A DNA stretch of 64,000 nucleotides from Tubiluchus corallicola. Taxonomy: Eukaryota; Animalia; Priapulida. Shown here piece after piece: positions 36,501 to 51,500 of this stretch; position 1 is the first letter of the stretch; each line of letters opens with the position of its first letter. The notes beneath the pieces are model-generated. The model saw only the letters and a list, made by a program, of their open reading frames with translations. It was not told the origin of the DNA and made no database searches. Location of the stretch: assembly GCA_030141605.1 (NCBI GenBank), contig JAQGDQ010000020.1, forward strand, positions 1,178,001 through 1,242,000. Direction: 5' to 3'. A program made the position numbers and the translations under genes.

Positions 36501-39500
36501 AAAAAGATAGGTGACAGAACAGTGCCCTGCAGTACACCAAAAGCAATTAAGTGGTTTGAGCAAATTTGTTTGGAAAGTATGAATACAAGAAATTACAAAT
36601 GTATGATGAAATAAACCAATAAAACCTACTTCGTTATACGTAAGATGTATGATGAACATCTTGCCTTCGTAGTGCAACTTGTGAACGTCAGGCCTGAAAA
36701 TAAACAAATAAAGTAGAAAATCAATAAAAAAACATATACCATAATCTTTATTAATTTTATTAGTTTGGAACAACTTAGTGTTATTGTTTGTTTCCAGTAA
36801 AAGAACATTTGGAAAATGATCGCAGAATGTCAAAGATAATGTAAGCAGAACCAAGGGGGAAGCTGACCAGGTTACAAAACATAAAAGGTGTGAAAAGAAG
36901 GTAGGCGAAACTGTATGGAAAAAGATGTGAGGTTGTGCAGCAATGCACTGGATGGTTTTGTAGAAGTAAGTGGAAGATGATGCAGATGTCCAGAGCAAGT
37001 GACGGAGTGCAATAATAGTCTACAATGCATAGCATTAGGAACCGGAAGCCCCATTAAATTTAAAAAGTTATCAGAAATCGATATAAATGCATTTTTAATA
37101 TCTTGATCATTATAATATTTCTTATTTAATGCATTTTTACATTTTTTCTGGACACTTTTTACTGTCAGAAATCAAGATGTTCTTAAGAAATGAGTCATGA
37201 CAACATTCCCACTGAAAAATGCACACGAATCATACTCAGTTCATTTTTATGCCTCAGACATGACGGTAGTACTAGATAATAACACAAGTGCTCTCTTAAC
37301 TCAAAATTAAATGCTCTTTCTCATGGCATTGTAGGTTTTTATCTATTCTTTTCAATTTCTTCTACAAATAGCCATACGACACAAGAGAGGCAATCATTTC
37401 CTGAGAGCCCTTATTATGAAAAAGTGAAAAATTTAAACCAACAAATTTATTAAAAAATAGAGAAACAAAAGAAACAAAAAAACTTTTAAACCTTCAAGAA
37501 GCTCAAATTACGTGAAATCAACTCACCATTTGAAATGATGGGTTTTCTTATTTCCCTGGAAAGTCATAATACCTTGATGGGTGATGCCAATATACAAATG
37601 GTTTCCTTTCTGGTCCTATTATTATAAAAAACAATTTGTTAAAACTAAAGTGTACGAGAAAGCAATAAACAAAATCAGTTCAAATCAGTAGAACATATGA
37701 GGAATAGCTGAATGGTTACAGTGCTTAAATGAAGTTAAGCAATGCTAAGCCTGATCAGGGAATAGATGGGTGACTGCTAGGTTCAATACCCACTGTAGGC
37801 AGTCTCATTCAACGTACTGATCCTGGATGCTCACCTCATTGGACAAGGACGTGTTCACAATCTACACCGGAGGCATCTCTGCTACTTTCAGTGTCTCACA
37901 TTCGAGGATTATTTTTGATAAAAAACAAGGTTCCGGTCCTGCTACAACAATTCACATTAACTAGATTCTGCTGTTGCGTGCTGAATTTTCCATGTTGCAG
38001 AGTGTGAAATTGTATAAAATATATAAAATTCGATTGTGTCTCACATCCACTAGCATCAAAAGCCACGTATGATTAAGAAATGGCACAAATACCAGAGACA
38101 ATAATACTCGTACCTTCACTGGATGTGGATCAGCTCCATATGTGTCTTGCTGTGCAGCCTTCTTTAAGAAATTCAACTCGGCTGTTGCAGGAACTTGTGA
38201 ACTGAAACAAAGCAAACAACATAGATTCGGCTACCACTTAAAACAACGTTCTGGCGATGCTGGCATTTAAATTGGAAAATTTTTCCCATTTAACTGGTTT
38301 TCACTTAGCATATATGGGCCTATTTTTGTATGAATAGTACGTCTATCTAAAATATAATAAGCTTAAGGTTATTAAAACCAACTGCTCAATAGCATAGGTG
38401 GTTATGCAGTCACTGTTACATGAAATGGTCACAGTCACATCATTAAATTCATCGTCTAAAAATTGCTACTACAAGATAACATAGATTATCGCACTATGAT
38501 CAGATGATTACTGAAAAAGTTCTCGTCTGGATAATAAAAAAAGCCCTCAGTGCACATGCGACCAGACAACATAATAATGTAGATATATTCATGCATTATG
38601 AAAAGAGATTGTTAATCGTTCATTGTTCTACAAATGAAAACAATGAAACCTACAATAATTACATGTCATAAAGTAGCAAACAGGGATGCCAAATGCCAAA
38701 CACGCAGATTTAACATCTAGCAGCCTAATGACTCTTGTATATACATATGGCAACACTAGACTATCACAGTACACTACCACACAATCACACGCAGAATGGT
38801 CAACTTTCTCCACTAATTCCTACTATACATTCTTACAGATAGCAGTGCCTTCACCACATTGTAACATCTAACTAACCTTAAATGGTTCTTATGTATTTCT
38901 GCAATCTTTTCTTCTATCCTGGGCGTTTGCTTCAACAGCATCTTGTATTCTGATACGTAACCTTCGTTATGGATATCCTGATCGTAATCACCAACTTCAG
39001 CTGTAAGGACAGGAATAAATGACACATTTTGGAACAAAATCTCAACCTGGTAGTTGTAAGTTGATAAGCTGATAGTAAAAACATAAAGGTAAATGGAAAT
39101 TATAAATAACATAGCGACAATTATTAGCCTATCAATTAATAACTGAGATTTATAAAAATGTGCATTCTAGTTTTTAGTAGAAACAAACTATATATAGATT
39201 TGTTTTAGTTGCCTGTATTCAATTTATTGTGAAAAAGTATGATGTACTGAAAAATAAAAATGCACATTAGGAAGAAAGAGCAGACTTAAACGATAATAGT
39301 AAATTGAAAGTATAACTTGTAAAACTTTAACCTGAAAAAGTGATACATTAAATCAATGTGGAAAGGATTAACAAGCAACATTTGAACAAAGCACATTTTA
39401 ATAAGATCTGAGAGAACCACACAAATGAGATCTTGTCAATAATCCTAATTTCAAGCTTTCAAAATTATGCCAGTATTTTATTTACCCAAGTTAAAAAGTT

Positions 39501-42500
39501 GCAGATCATTATGTAAGTAAGAGTTATTATTTTTTGACACATGTTTTGAGTTTCTTTTGGAAGTTGTTATCCTTAAGTTAGAATATATTATTGTGTCCAA
39601 AAATGAAAAAGCTTCTCTTCAGGTTTTCGAGTCTTTTCAGCAAAAAATCATTATGTTTTTTACTATAAGTATTAAATATAAAAGTATGAATAACTTTCTG
39701 GGCTCATCACCTAAGCCAGCACTGTAATTTAGTTTTTGTATAATACTTTGCACTGCACATGGCAACATTGTAGAAATATGACTTGATTTGAGTCTGATCT
39801 CATCCAATAGCAAAAAGTATTAAACAAGCTTGTCAATGGTCTGTGATTAATTTTAAGCTGAGAGCATGAAAACATAGTACACAAGCCTAACTACTACGTA
39901 CACTGTATGATATAAGCGGCTAGCCATGCCGCGTCCGTCTGTGCGCAGTACAAACGACCGTGAAGTAGGTCCCTCCGCAGCTGCAGAAACAACTGATAGC
40001 GAGTGATCTCCTCTTGAAGTCGGGAGGGATCCGGTGGATAGAACTTCACCCGGAAACAAAAGATGTAAGGTTCATGACCTACACAAAATAATAACAAGTC
40101 AATGTTAATAGAGACGTGCTTATTAGAGAAAAGGCCACAACTTTTTGCTCTCCAAACACTAACCCCACTTTAGGTGTTCGGACATCTGTTTAATGTTTTC
40201 TTTTTCCCTATGCATTAAAGTGACCCGCAAGTGGCGACAATCCAGGCCACATTTCAACTCCTTCAGCAAAAGACTATGGGCAATTTTACAATGCAGTAAT
40301 ACAGATTAGTTATAGTAAATGACGACAAAAACACATTAGCTTTCATCTTCAGTTCACTATTAACAGATAATATGAAAAGTTCTAAAATTTAAAAAAACAA
40401 GAGATACATAACAATAGTAATTCAGAAAATATTTAGATTTAGACAAGAATTGCCATGAATTACAATAAACATTTTTGGTGCAATTTAGGTGATAATGCAA
40501 TATGGTCAGCGAGCTAATTATTAGTGGTGGAGAAAATACAAGATTTAAATTCACTGTTAAGTCAGAGAATTTTATAATTTTTGAAGATTCAACAACATTG
40601 CACTTTAACATGTCATAAATTTTTTCATAGACAATATTGTGAAAGTGTTATGTAAGAAACAGCTATATTATTACGAAGATATAATTTAGTTCTGTGGAGG
40701 TGTGTTTGTTAAGCCTGTGTTCGGTTAAGGCAAAGGTTAATGCATTTAACTCACTGCAGCCAAAAGTCATTAGCACCTACTAAATCATAGGTATCTAACA
40801 ACATAATGACAGTGCTGCATAATTTATCATAGGTAAGGCAGGGTAAGCAGATGCCGATGCAGTATTTTAGTACACACTAATTAAACAAACCTTAACACAC
40901 ACCTCAATTTGATGATTCTAACTTGAAAAATTATAGAAAGTGTTGCCTTCTATTATTCAAGCTGTTTGTGAATGTGCAAGAGTTATAACAACCAATATGC
41001 AAAGAACTATAGTAACAATATATCAACCTATGTCTTTAGCACCAAGGTATGTTACACTTGTTTTGCACAAAAGTTATTTGTCCATTTGATAACAAGGTTG
41101 TGCAGCAATACGCAGAGGAAAAGCTATAACAGAAATTCAGCAATCCCATAAAAGATGTTTCCATTAAAAAGGGAAGTTTTTATGTACCTTTCATCTGCTT
41201 GAGAATAGTTTTGATAGGCTCCAGCCAGTGCTAGAAACAAATAACAAAAATAAACATGTCAAAACCACGAATCAAAATATTCACGATTTCATGTGAAATG
41301 CTCTTGTAACTTTACTTGTGCACAATTCTGATTTAATCACAGTATTTTGCGATTTCGTTATATTGTTATGACAATTCTTCAAAAGCATATACGTATTACA
41401 CTATTAATTAGATTACGACTGTGAAAGCCTCAATGTTCACAAACCATTGCAGTTTACTTTTACAACAATTATTATCCATTGTGGAAGGAACGAAAGGAGA
41501 CCCTGAAACATTGTGAACTAGCCAGGATTTGAATCCAAGACCTGGAATTAGTACTCCCAAGCTCTGGCAGTTCAGCTACCAGTCCAAAAGACTGTGATAT
41601 CATTAATTGCGAGCTAATTCGAAAAAAATTTGATAGCAATATTATACTTTGTATAAAATATTTACAGAGAATATAATTACCACTTACAAAAAAACTAGCT
41701 AAGGTTTTGCAAAGAAAATCTGAATAATTAAGTGATCAGAAGTTCCAATGTTCAAACGAATGAATGAATAATTTATTAGTTTACTTATTCACTTTTATAA
41801 AAAGCAGAAAATGCATCAACTGCACTATTAACTGTAACATAAAACCAAATGGTTAATAGATGAACAGCTCCCATTTTTATTATTTTTAACGTGTTAGTAG
41901 CACTACGAAAAACTGGTAAATAATTTATTTGTTCGTTTGTTTATTTATTATTTATTATTCAATTACTCGTTCATTCAGTTTCAAAACTGGGTAACTTTTA
42001 AGACAGCCTTACATATTTGCACTTAATGCAACACTCGGGTATAAACCAATAAGAGCGAATAGGTGAGCAAATCTGCATCTGTCCAGCAATAAAAAAAATC
42101 AGTAGTATTTTTACTCTGTTGCATAACATAGCTGATCTGTTCAGTTGCCAACCAAGCAAGAATTAAAACCCAGGTTGGCTAATTTTTATAAGTATCATGG
42201 TAAAATATGTGTGCACAATGTTTAGGGTTCGTAACATCTGAACTCAGCTTACTATCACATATAGTAAACTGCTTCAAGGTGAACAATACCATCTCTTTGT
42301 CCCACAATACATTTGAAGAAAGCAGTTTTAAAAAAGACAATCATTTACAGCCTGGTAATCATGAATTAACTGTTGTTCTGTTTTTAACATACTAAATGTT
42401 TTTTCCTATTTTTTATCCCTATTTCATATACTGTTTGTAACATTTGTAAACGGCATAAAAGTGCAAAGACAGTGCAAAAGTGCCCCTCTTTAGAACGATG

Positions 42501-45500
42501 AAACCGTAAGAATGGCAAATTAAAAAAACATTCTCTTACACACTACAAACACTTCATTTCAATATAAAAGGCTATAAAAATCACTAGAAACTAATAAATG
42601 GAGAAGGAGAAATGGAAATGGCTAATAAATATCCACCACAGGAAGATGATGCTGTTAGCACGTCTTCCGTCTATCACAACCGTAGTTATCGAACAGCTTC
42701 ACATTTCACCGGACTTCATTTTTTGCTGGGCAGCAATATTTGGTTTTATGCACCCGCTTATCTAATAATTTCGTGTCACGAGCTACCACTCTAATCACTA
42801 GCCAAGTCCAGTAACAAAAATCAGACAATTTGTAAATAGAATCAATTTTTTTTGCAACAAAAATCTGCTTTAACTTCACACACACTCTTATGGGACTGGC
42901 AGGTACTATTTAAGGATAAGTACTTCAGTATAACCATTTCAGTACATCAAAATACTTCACCACTTCACTTCAGTATAACTTTTTGGCACACCAATTGAAA
43001 TTTTCATTACTGCCAACTGTACTACAGGCTACAGCTATGCTTCTTTGAAAAGTGAAAATTTGGACACTACAGGAAATAGTATTGACAATACAGAGTATTA
43101 TAATGTTGACATTATTTTGAGAACATGATTAAAGCCATGTTACAAATTTTGAGGCCTGAAACCACGTGGAAAACATGTGAAGTCATTTGCAAATGTCTGA
43201 TGTGGGACAAAAGTACCTAACAAAATGTAGAAATGTCTAAAGCACCATAGACACTCAGGAGGAGAAATAGAAGTATAGTACCATGAGATGCACCTGAAAC
43301 TAGGTATAAACACTGAAAGCCATGCAGAAACATTCGAAGCCATGTACAAGCACCCGAAGCCATGAACAAAGACCAGAAACCATGTAAAAAGATCTCCACA
43401 TAGAAACACCTGAAGCCAAGCGGGAACAGGTGCGTTATATCTGGAAAGTTGGAAACACTGAAGCCAAATGGAATTGTCTGATTTATGATTTTCCAACTTG
43501 ACGTAATGCACCTGTTTCTGAGTGGCTTCAGATGTTTCTTTGTGGCTTCAGAGTGGCTTCGGATGTTTTTACATAGTTTCTGGTTTTTGTAGCTTGGCTT
43601 TGGATGCTTGTACATGGCCTAAAATGTTTCTACATGGCATCAGATGTTTCTACATGGCACCAGATTTTTTTTACATGACTTCGAATATTTGTACATGGGC
43701 TTGGATGTTTTTGCACGGCTTCAAGTGATTCTATATGGCTTCAGGTGTTTCTATATGGCTTCAGGTGCTTCTGCATGGCTTCGGATGCTTCTGGATATTC
43801 TTATATGCAATCTCTCCAGAACTTCAGATATTTCCATTTGAATTACGAATTTTTTCATTCTAGTCCAGGCATTTGTGCATAGATTCAGGAGTTTCAGGTG
43901 GTTCATCGCACTCTGCTCACTTGTCCTACTAATCACATATAATTTTCTTTCTTTTTTCTTCCTTATCATCCCACTCACTTGCTATTGCGTGTCTATAATT
44001 ATTTACAATTACTGATGTGCAATTAAACATTTTATTTAATTGAAGTTACCCTCTGTTTATGATTGTCTATATATCGCAGTCCAAAATAATCTTTTTCCAC
44101 CAAGTTGAGATGATTGCAGATGTGATCCAGCAAATCCTGTCCAAGTGTGTCCCTCTGTAAACAATGCAAAATGCTACACATTAGTATTTCAGCGGCATCT
44201 TTTGACAGAGGAAGCAAACTTTTTGGCTCTGATAATAGTTCATCAAAATACACTCTAAGCTGGAGTGTCTCGTATACTAATGGCTCTTTGGTACATCTTA
44301 ATTTCTGCGACAATTTTTGAAGAAATTTCAGGAATAATTTAATTTTTTGTTTCATAATACACAATACAGCAAATCCAGTCATATTCATTAATGGACGAAA
44401 AACATTTCCCAATTAAGAAACACGGAAAAACCATGTCGTTTCGAATCACTGCAGGTTTACGTTCAGGTGAAATAAGAAACGAAAAAAAGAAAAAACACAC
44501 AAAATTACTATGTTGCATTTTATTAATACTATTTTTGAGGAGTTTTCACATTATTAAGACATAAAATATATTACACTTAAAAAAGTATTCAATCACACAG
44601 AAGAAAACACAAACATACCGCAACTAAAAACAAAAGAGAACACAGAGGTATTAAAATCACAGGCCACAAACTTAAAGTGAGACATACCCAGGGCCAAATT
44701 ACGACATTTTGAGGCCCCTAGGCTAATGAAATTATTAGGCCCGCCTTAGACGGAGCCACCATCTAACCTGCCCGCACCCGTCTGGAATATTTTTTACTCC
44801 TGATATATTTTAGCGACATTTACATAGCTTGCAGTAAACATATCGCAAATTCTTTAAATAAACTAGAATAGCTATTCTTTTGTTTATCAATATTCTTTAA
44901 TAATTTACTATTTATTGCAAACCAAATTAGCAGATATTTCACCACAACCGTAGTGAAAAACGGTTTTTTTTTACCAAATATTATTACCAAAGCTTGAGGG
45001 CCTAGGCTGCAGCTCGCCTATAGGATAACTCGGTCCTGGACACAACAGAAACTTCTGAGATGTCTAACAGTTAAATTTGTTGATTTGACCCAGATTTATA
45101 AGCACAAAATCCTTCGTCCTGACGAAACTGCAACCGGTGTGAAAGAGTTAACATATACATGGCTTGATCATAATTCAAGCGCACACATAGAGGCCCCGCG
45201 CGTACTACACAATCATACAGTGCGTTGCTATCTAAGCAAGTCAAAATCAATACATCCCACTAGTGTACACACAAACACTTGAGGTTACGTAGCCTAGCAG
45301 AAAAGCAGCGGGATGGGACAAAATAACGGGACAGAAAAGACTAATGAAATCAAACGATTGTCAGGACATAATGGTTCACGGCTGACAATCAACAGTCCCT
45401 TAGTCAGACAATCCAATGGTGAGCGAAATAATGACCAGCAAAAGGATATCATCATCATCATCATCACCACCACCACTACCACCACTACCACCACAACACC

Positions 45501-48500
45501 ACCACCACATTCATCAACATCAACAATAACGTTGACGACAACAACAACAACAAAATCATCATGATTGTTATTACCACCACCACCACCACCACCACCGCTG
45601 CCACCGCCATCACTATCACGTCTTCACTTCAATAATTTCCAGAAACATTGGTATCATAAGGCAGTGAGGCATGAGCCTAGTTAATAAATAAAATTTTAAT
45701 TATAAATAACTAAAAAGTGTTTGTGATGCACTAGCAAGACTGTAACAGCATTTTTACCGCATTAGAATTTTATATCCGCATCAAATGCGTCATATTTATA
45801 AGCACAAATTTAATCGCAAAAGCAGGGCCATCTTAACAGCATTATAGGCCCCTAGGCAAAGCAGTATACTGGGACCCCTTCCTACACAACCAGACACACA
45901 GGAACAAAAATGTAAATGGTGGATAAAATCAAACATTGTACTGGTATTTCCAACAAAATCAACGATTAAACACGAAAAAATGCTGCACAGCAATGATTAA
46001 TCAACAAACGTTTGAACAATAGCATGAGCCTTGAAAAACACACACAGATTAGCATGGGACCCTATGCTAAGTGTACCCATCCGTTAAGACGCCCACACAA
46101 GAGTATTTTTAGAATCATGAGCTACACAGTATAATAACAGAAAAATGTCAAAATTTACGAAATAACCAAAATGCTGCAACTACGCGCAGTTTAAGTAGTA
46201 AATCCTGTTTACAAAACATCCTAAAAACTTTGATTTTGTATTCTAAAGGGCTTATCTGACAAGCTTAGACAAATGAAAGTAAATAGTTTTACCAAAAAAA
46301 CTAGTTTAATTTTACAAGGCAAACTGCGGCCACGCGATAGTGATTGTTGCAAGTCAACAACTGTTTCAACCTTGAACACTCATCACTTCAGATCCTATTC
46401 TTTACTGTGACTAGAGTAAACAAATGGACAACCAGAAGCAAAATTGCTAACTCGGGGCGGATCCACGCACAGGTGGTTAACGCTTTTCAAAATGCATAGC
46501 TAAAACATACTCAGAAAATCGCTGTTCATTAAGTTGAAAGTATCAACGGGTTGTACATAATAATAGAACAGTGTAGTTCCAGTAACGTTTTAATTCACAC
46601 AATTCCTCCCCTCCCTCAATTAAGCTGGAATTGGTCTGCCTCACAATGGAATGTCGGGTTATTTGTTTAAAATGTCTGGCGAGTTTTTAACTATTTTATA
46701 AGCTACGTGTGGTCCAAGTCCATGGTTAACGGTGAAATGACACTAATACGTTTACAGTGCTAATATAATGAAATTTAGAACAACCATCTTAAAGTTCTGG
46801 GGGTGTTCTAAAGAACAACAAGCAGCGAACCACACAGATTTTTTAGATTTTATTATTTTATTTAACTCTCACGTCATCTGCATTATTAATTTGACACTAT
46901 ACATAAAATGAGTAACTCTTTTAGAGCTATGAGAGGCTGTTAAAAACGATACATTCAATGGTACTAAAAAAAAGCACAGCAATATACACATTAACTGTAA
47001 AAGAGAAAAAACTGTTCGAGTCATCACTAATGATTGTCATGCACTAGCTGATTCCTTCGTAACAAAATTTTTTATAAACTTTCATAAACCATCAAATGTG
47101 AACCTAGCAGAAAACACATTTCTCACAATTGTTTGTATTGAAATATTAATTGTTCCTAATTAAACAACGTTGAGAAAATGTGTTTGGTATAGATAAACCA
47201 GATCTGATGGTTTATGAAAATGCAAAGGCCTGTTAAAAAGATTACCATTACCATTTGAATAAACTTGTAAACGAAAGTTAATGTTTAAGATATGAAATGA
47301 TTTAAAAGTCCTACATGAAACTATTTTACCACTAGTGGCAAAGTCTGAGTAGTTTGGATGCCACGTTACTGATTTTAGTTTGTTTTAACTCTCCAATTTG
47401 TCTTCTAATCAAATTCTGATCTTTTAACAAATACGGATGACTTACAAGGAACGGCTATAAAGCTTCTGTAGGCAGAGGGCCAAGGTTCACTAACGTTGAG
47501 TATGGCATAATATTTAATGCCGAAATGAATAAATTTGTTTTGTCAGAATAAATAGCAACGCGCGCATGATGTAAACAATGAGATGACAAAGTGCAAGATT
47601 TAATCCAACGTTTAATACCGTTACACATGGCTTAATAATGAAACGAAGACACAATTGCTCAAATTTTCAAACTAAGCTCGAACCAAAAGTAGGAAATCTA
47701 AGAAATGTGTGACCAGATGACCACTAGACCACTCAGCCCCTTGTGATTATGGCGGATTTTAATTTAATCCTAATACCTCACCAACCAACTCAACATTTAC
47801 ATAGTTTACTTATTCGACAGACCTGCAAGATGCATTCTTGTCTTGCTGTGAGCATTAAGAACTAAACTGTTAGGTCTAATAACAAAAAAGGAGCGTTTTC
47901 GATGGAGGAAACTGGGCATAGCTGTAAGAGATCTTATTTTAGCACAACACCGTCAATCAGCAACGGTACATCAGCGTGTAAATACGCACTCGTAAACAAT
48001 ATTTTTGAAGGAGTATAGACCTAAGGCCGCAATAAGACTTGCACTATATATACGTAATTACTAATTAGTGCGGGTACATTAAATTCGTTTCTAAAGATTT
48101 AGAGCTCTTGTGCATAAGTACTGTGTTTATGTCTTACATATATGTTTTACACAAAAAAATGCATAAATGAAAACTATAAATACGTTATTATTTACATATG
48201 CTTATTATAGTACCATATATTTATATAAAGGTATCACAGTACAGTGAAAAAGTAAATATATTTTGTAATTCAGCGTGCGCACGCTTTACAGTAATACCTG
48301 TTAGCTGCTACCTTAAAATAAAACTTAAGAACAGAGAGACTAAAATATGTTTAACTAAATATGCAAAATTAGATATCAAAACTATTGGATACTAGGGGAA
48401 AGCGTTAATTGCCATCAATCTTATGTCCTAGAACGTTCAAAGCCACGACTAGCCCTACCATTTTCAAAACCATCCCACAAGGCAGCCATGCCCTTGTACC

Positions 48501-51500
48501 TAGCCCTTGCCGGTACTGAGCGAACTTCGGAACAGCGCTCCTTTTGTAAACAAGAGACCTTACACAGTCAGCGTTTCATGTCTACCAAAGCTGAAAACTA
48601 CTGCACTTATACTGTGTAAGTCTGTGCTCAGTCTTACACAGTTTACCATCATATTACAGTAAGTATTTTCAAAAGCATTATAATTAAACTATAAAAATAC
48701 GACATCATACGTTTGTAAGTTGGCCAGAACGAGCTATATTTCTGGTTATTACAGAAACACAAACGTAAAACGACCAGCAACTACTCGACCTCTGGGACAA
48801 GATAGAAAAAAAACAGGTATATTGTCATGCACAATACAGCACTCTAGATAGATGGCCTAAGGGTGAGGCTGAACCATTTACCAGACTGTGCACATAGACT
48901 GTAAGAAGAAATTTAGATCCCAGTACATCCTTTAATCTTTAGTTTCACAAGTATAAAAAAGCTTAAGGCTTTGAAACAGCCAACATGCTATGAAATTTAA
49001 TCCTCCATACATGTCACACACAGAGATTTATTTTAAGTACCCTGTTTTGTTCCGCTAATTTGCGCTAACATCTAAAAGCGCACTGAATTAGCGTCAGACT
49101 AACATTACATATTAAAGCGTTTATATGTGTTTGCAAGAACCATAAAACCCATTTCCAGTAAGCAGCTAGATTTAATGACTAACTTACAATCTCGTCAATG
49201 TGAGATAACACGAGAAATATAATATAATGAACGTATTGATGATTATTAGGTCTTTGAGTTCTTTATTAATTCATTTAAGTGCTTTTACTATTTGATTTTC
49301 TTCTAGATTTTTGAATAATGCAACACCACAACAAATATGTTACGTACACGATCGGTATCTCCCTGTAAAATATAACAAAGTTGGGACAATCTCATATTTG
49401 AAGAGGTTGAAGGTCCATAACGTGAGAAAAATAAGACACTGTTAAACTTCCGCCCAAGGACAAGGCTTAACTTGAGTGAAAGTAATTAATTTTTCATGCT
49501 GTACATAACCCCGGGCCAGTTTTAAGTACCTTCCCAAGTTCTAATCCATAAAAGGGATCAAGAACATGTACAGTAAGTCTTTTCACGGCAGTTAGCATGG
49601 AACATTTATGGCGCTGGTAAAAAAATTGCAACAAGTTTAGTCAGGTAACTTTATTCGCAAAGATATGGCAAGAAAATGACTTTCTTTAGTTTTTCAAACT
49701 GAGATCACACTTCTATCTTTATTTAGGTCAACTACGAGTAGGGCACACGTTTGACTGTGAAAGTTACATAATTGCTAAAAAATTAATGGGTACGGGTAAT
49801 GATTTCTGTTAACTACAGTAAACTGTCATTTAATGTCAGTTTATTGTAACTGTTTAATGTAATTTAATGTCTTGAACTAACATTACGAAGCTGTAATTCT
49901 TGTATGTTCGAAATTAATATTAATAAATAAAAATGTGTGTACACTACAATGCAATTTTGCCAATCTAGTGAACTATAACTAACTGTGGCCTCGAAGGCAC
50001 CACAGCTTAACAATTTTACATTAGGTTGCCTAGTCACCATGCACACAGTACCAGTTCTTCAGCAGTTAAAAAGGGATTAACATTTCTAATTTTTTTTGCA
50101 TGAAGAATGTCAAACAACCACTTCATTATATTTTGCATCAAGATGAATGACTTTGGTGTCTGTCAAACCATTCGCCTCACCAACCTCCCTTTGCCCTGCC
50201 CTGCCCTGTCACCTCGCCATCTTCACTCACTGCTTTGCCTTCCTCGTCATGACCCTGTCATCTTTGTCAAATAATCTTTCCCGCCCGACCCCCCTACTTG
50301 CCACGACCCTGCTATCTCTGTTAGACATATCTCTCTCTCTCGCCCCCTCTCAACATGACCACATCATCTCTGTCATCCATCTACATCGCCCTCTCTCATC
50401 ATGACCCAACACCCTGCCTCGCCCGTTCTCACTGTGACATTGCCATCACTGTCAAACTATTTATTTCGCCCCCTCTTATCATGACCCTGTCATCTTTGTC
50501 AAACCACCTAGCCGCCCAGCTCACCATCACCCTCTGTCAAACCATCTTCTTCACCCCTCCCCTTTGCCACTACCCTGCCATCTCTGTCAAACCATCTTCC
50601 TCACCCCTCCCCTTTGCCACTCCCTGCCATCTCTGTCAAACCATCTTCCTCACCCCTCCCCTTTGCCACTACCCTGCCATCTCTGTCAAACCATCTTCCT
50701 CACCCCTCCCCTTTGCCACTACCCTTCCATCTCTGTCAAACCATCTTCCTCACCCCTCCCCTTTGCCACTACCCTTCCATCTCTGTCAAACCATCTTCCT
50801 CACCCCTCCCCTTTGCCACTACCCTTCCATCTCTGTCAAACCATCTTCCTCACTCCTCCCCTTTGCCACTACCCTGGCATCTCTGTCAAATCATCTTCCT
50901 CACCCCCTCCTCTTTGCCACTACCCTGCCATCTCTGTCAAACCATCTTCCTCACCCTCCCCTTTGCCACTCCCTGCCATCTCTGTCAAACCATCTTCCTC
51001 ACCCCTCCCCTTTGCCACTACCCTGCCATCTCTGTCAAACCATCCTTCTCACCCCCCTAGTTTTAGCACCACAATGATCAATGGCTCAGTGGAACGTAAC
51101 TGTCACGCTGCCTTTCTTTTAATCTGCATTTATTGATGAAGTCTAAAGAGGATCAAGAAGCCAGCGAGTAAAGTCACGTGATCTAGTGGCTGTGTGGCTC
51201 CAGTGAACAGCAACAATCAAAGCATTGATAACACAGACGCAGCACACAGGATAGTGGTGTGACGCTGGCCGCAGACTTCTTCATAAAACTCAAGTGCCAC
51301 TTAAGATGTAATTTGTAAGTTGCAATGAATGGCTACATTCATGCTAACATGTAAAAAGGGGGATAGTATAAAATTACAGCTTTACTCACAGTACTGAATA
51401 CTAAGTAACTCAAGATACAAGTCAACTGCATGGAATACTCACAATAATGAACAACAATATATATATAGAAGTACTAACTCAAATGTGAGTCTAACTTGCA

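Noticed and set aside
36033-36998. 321-aa ORF, the longest in the track
   Set aside because: A chance read-through of introns and a MITE. Only 36630-36693 is in the true FRMD5 frame, and exon 9 is in another frame.
50355-51136. Overlapping 148-240 aa Pro/Leu/Ser-rich ORFs
   Set aside because: Artefacts of a stop-free C-rich 50-bp minisatellite.
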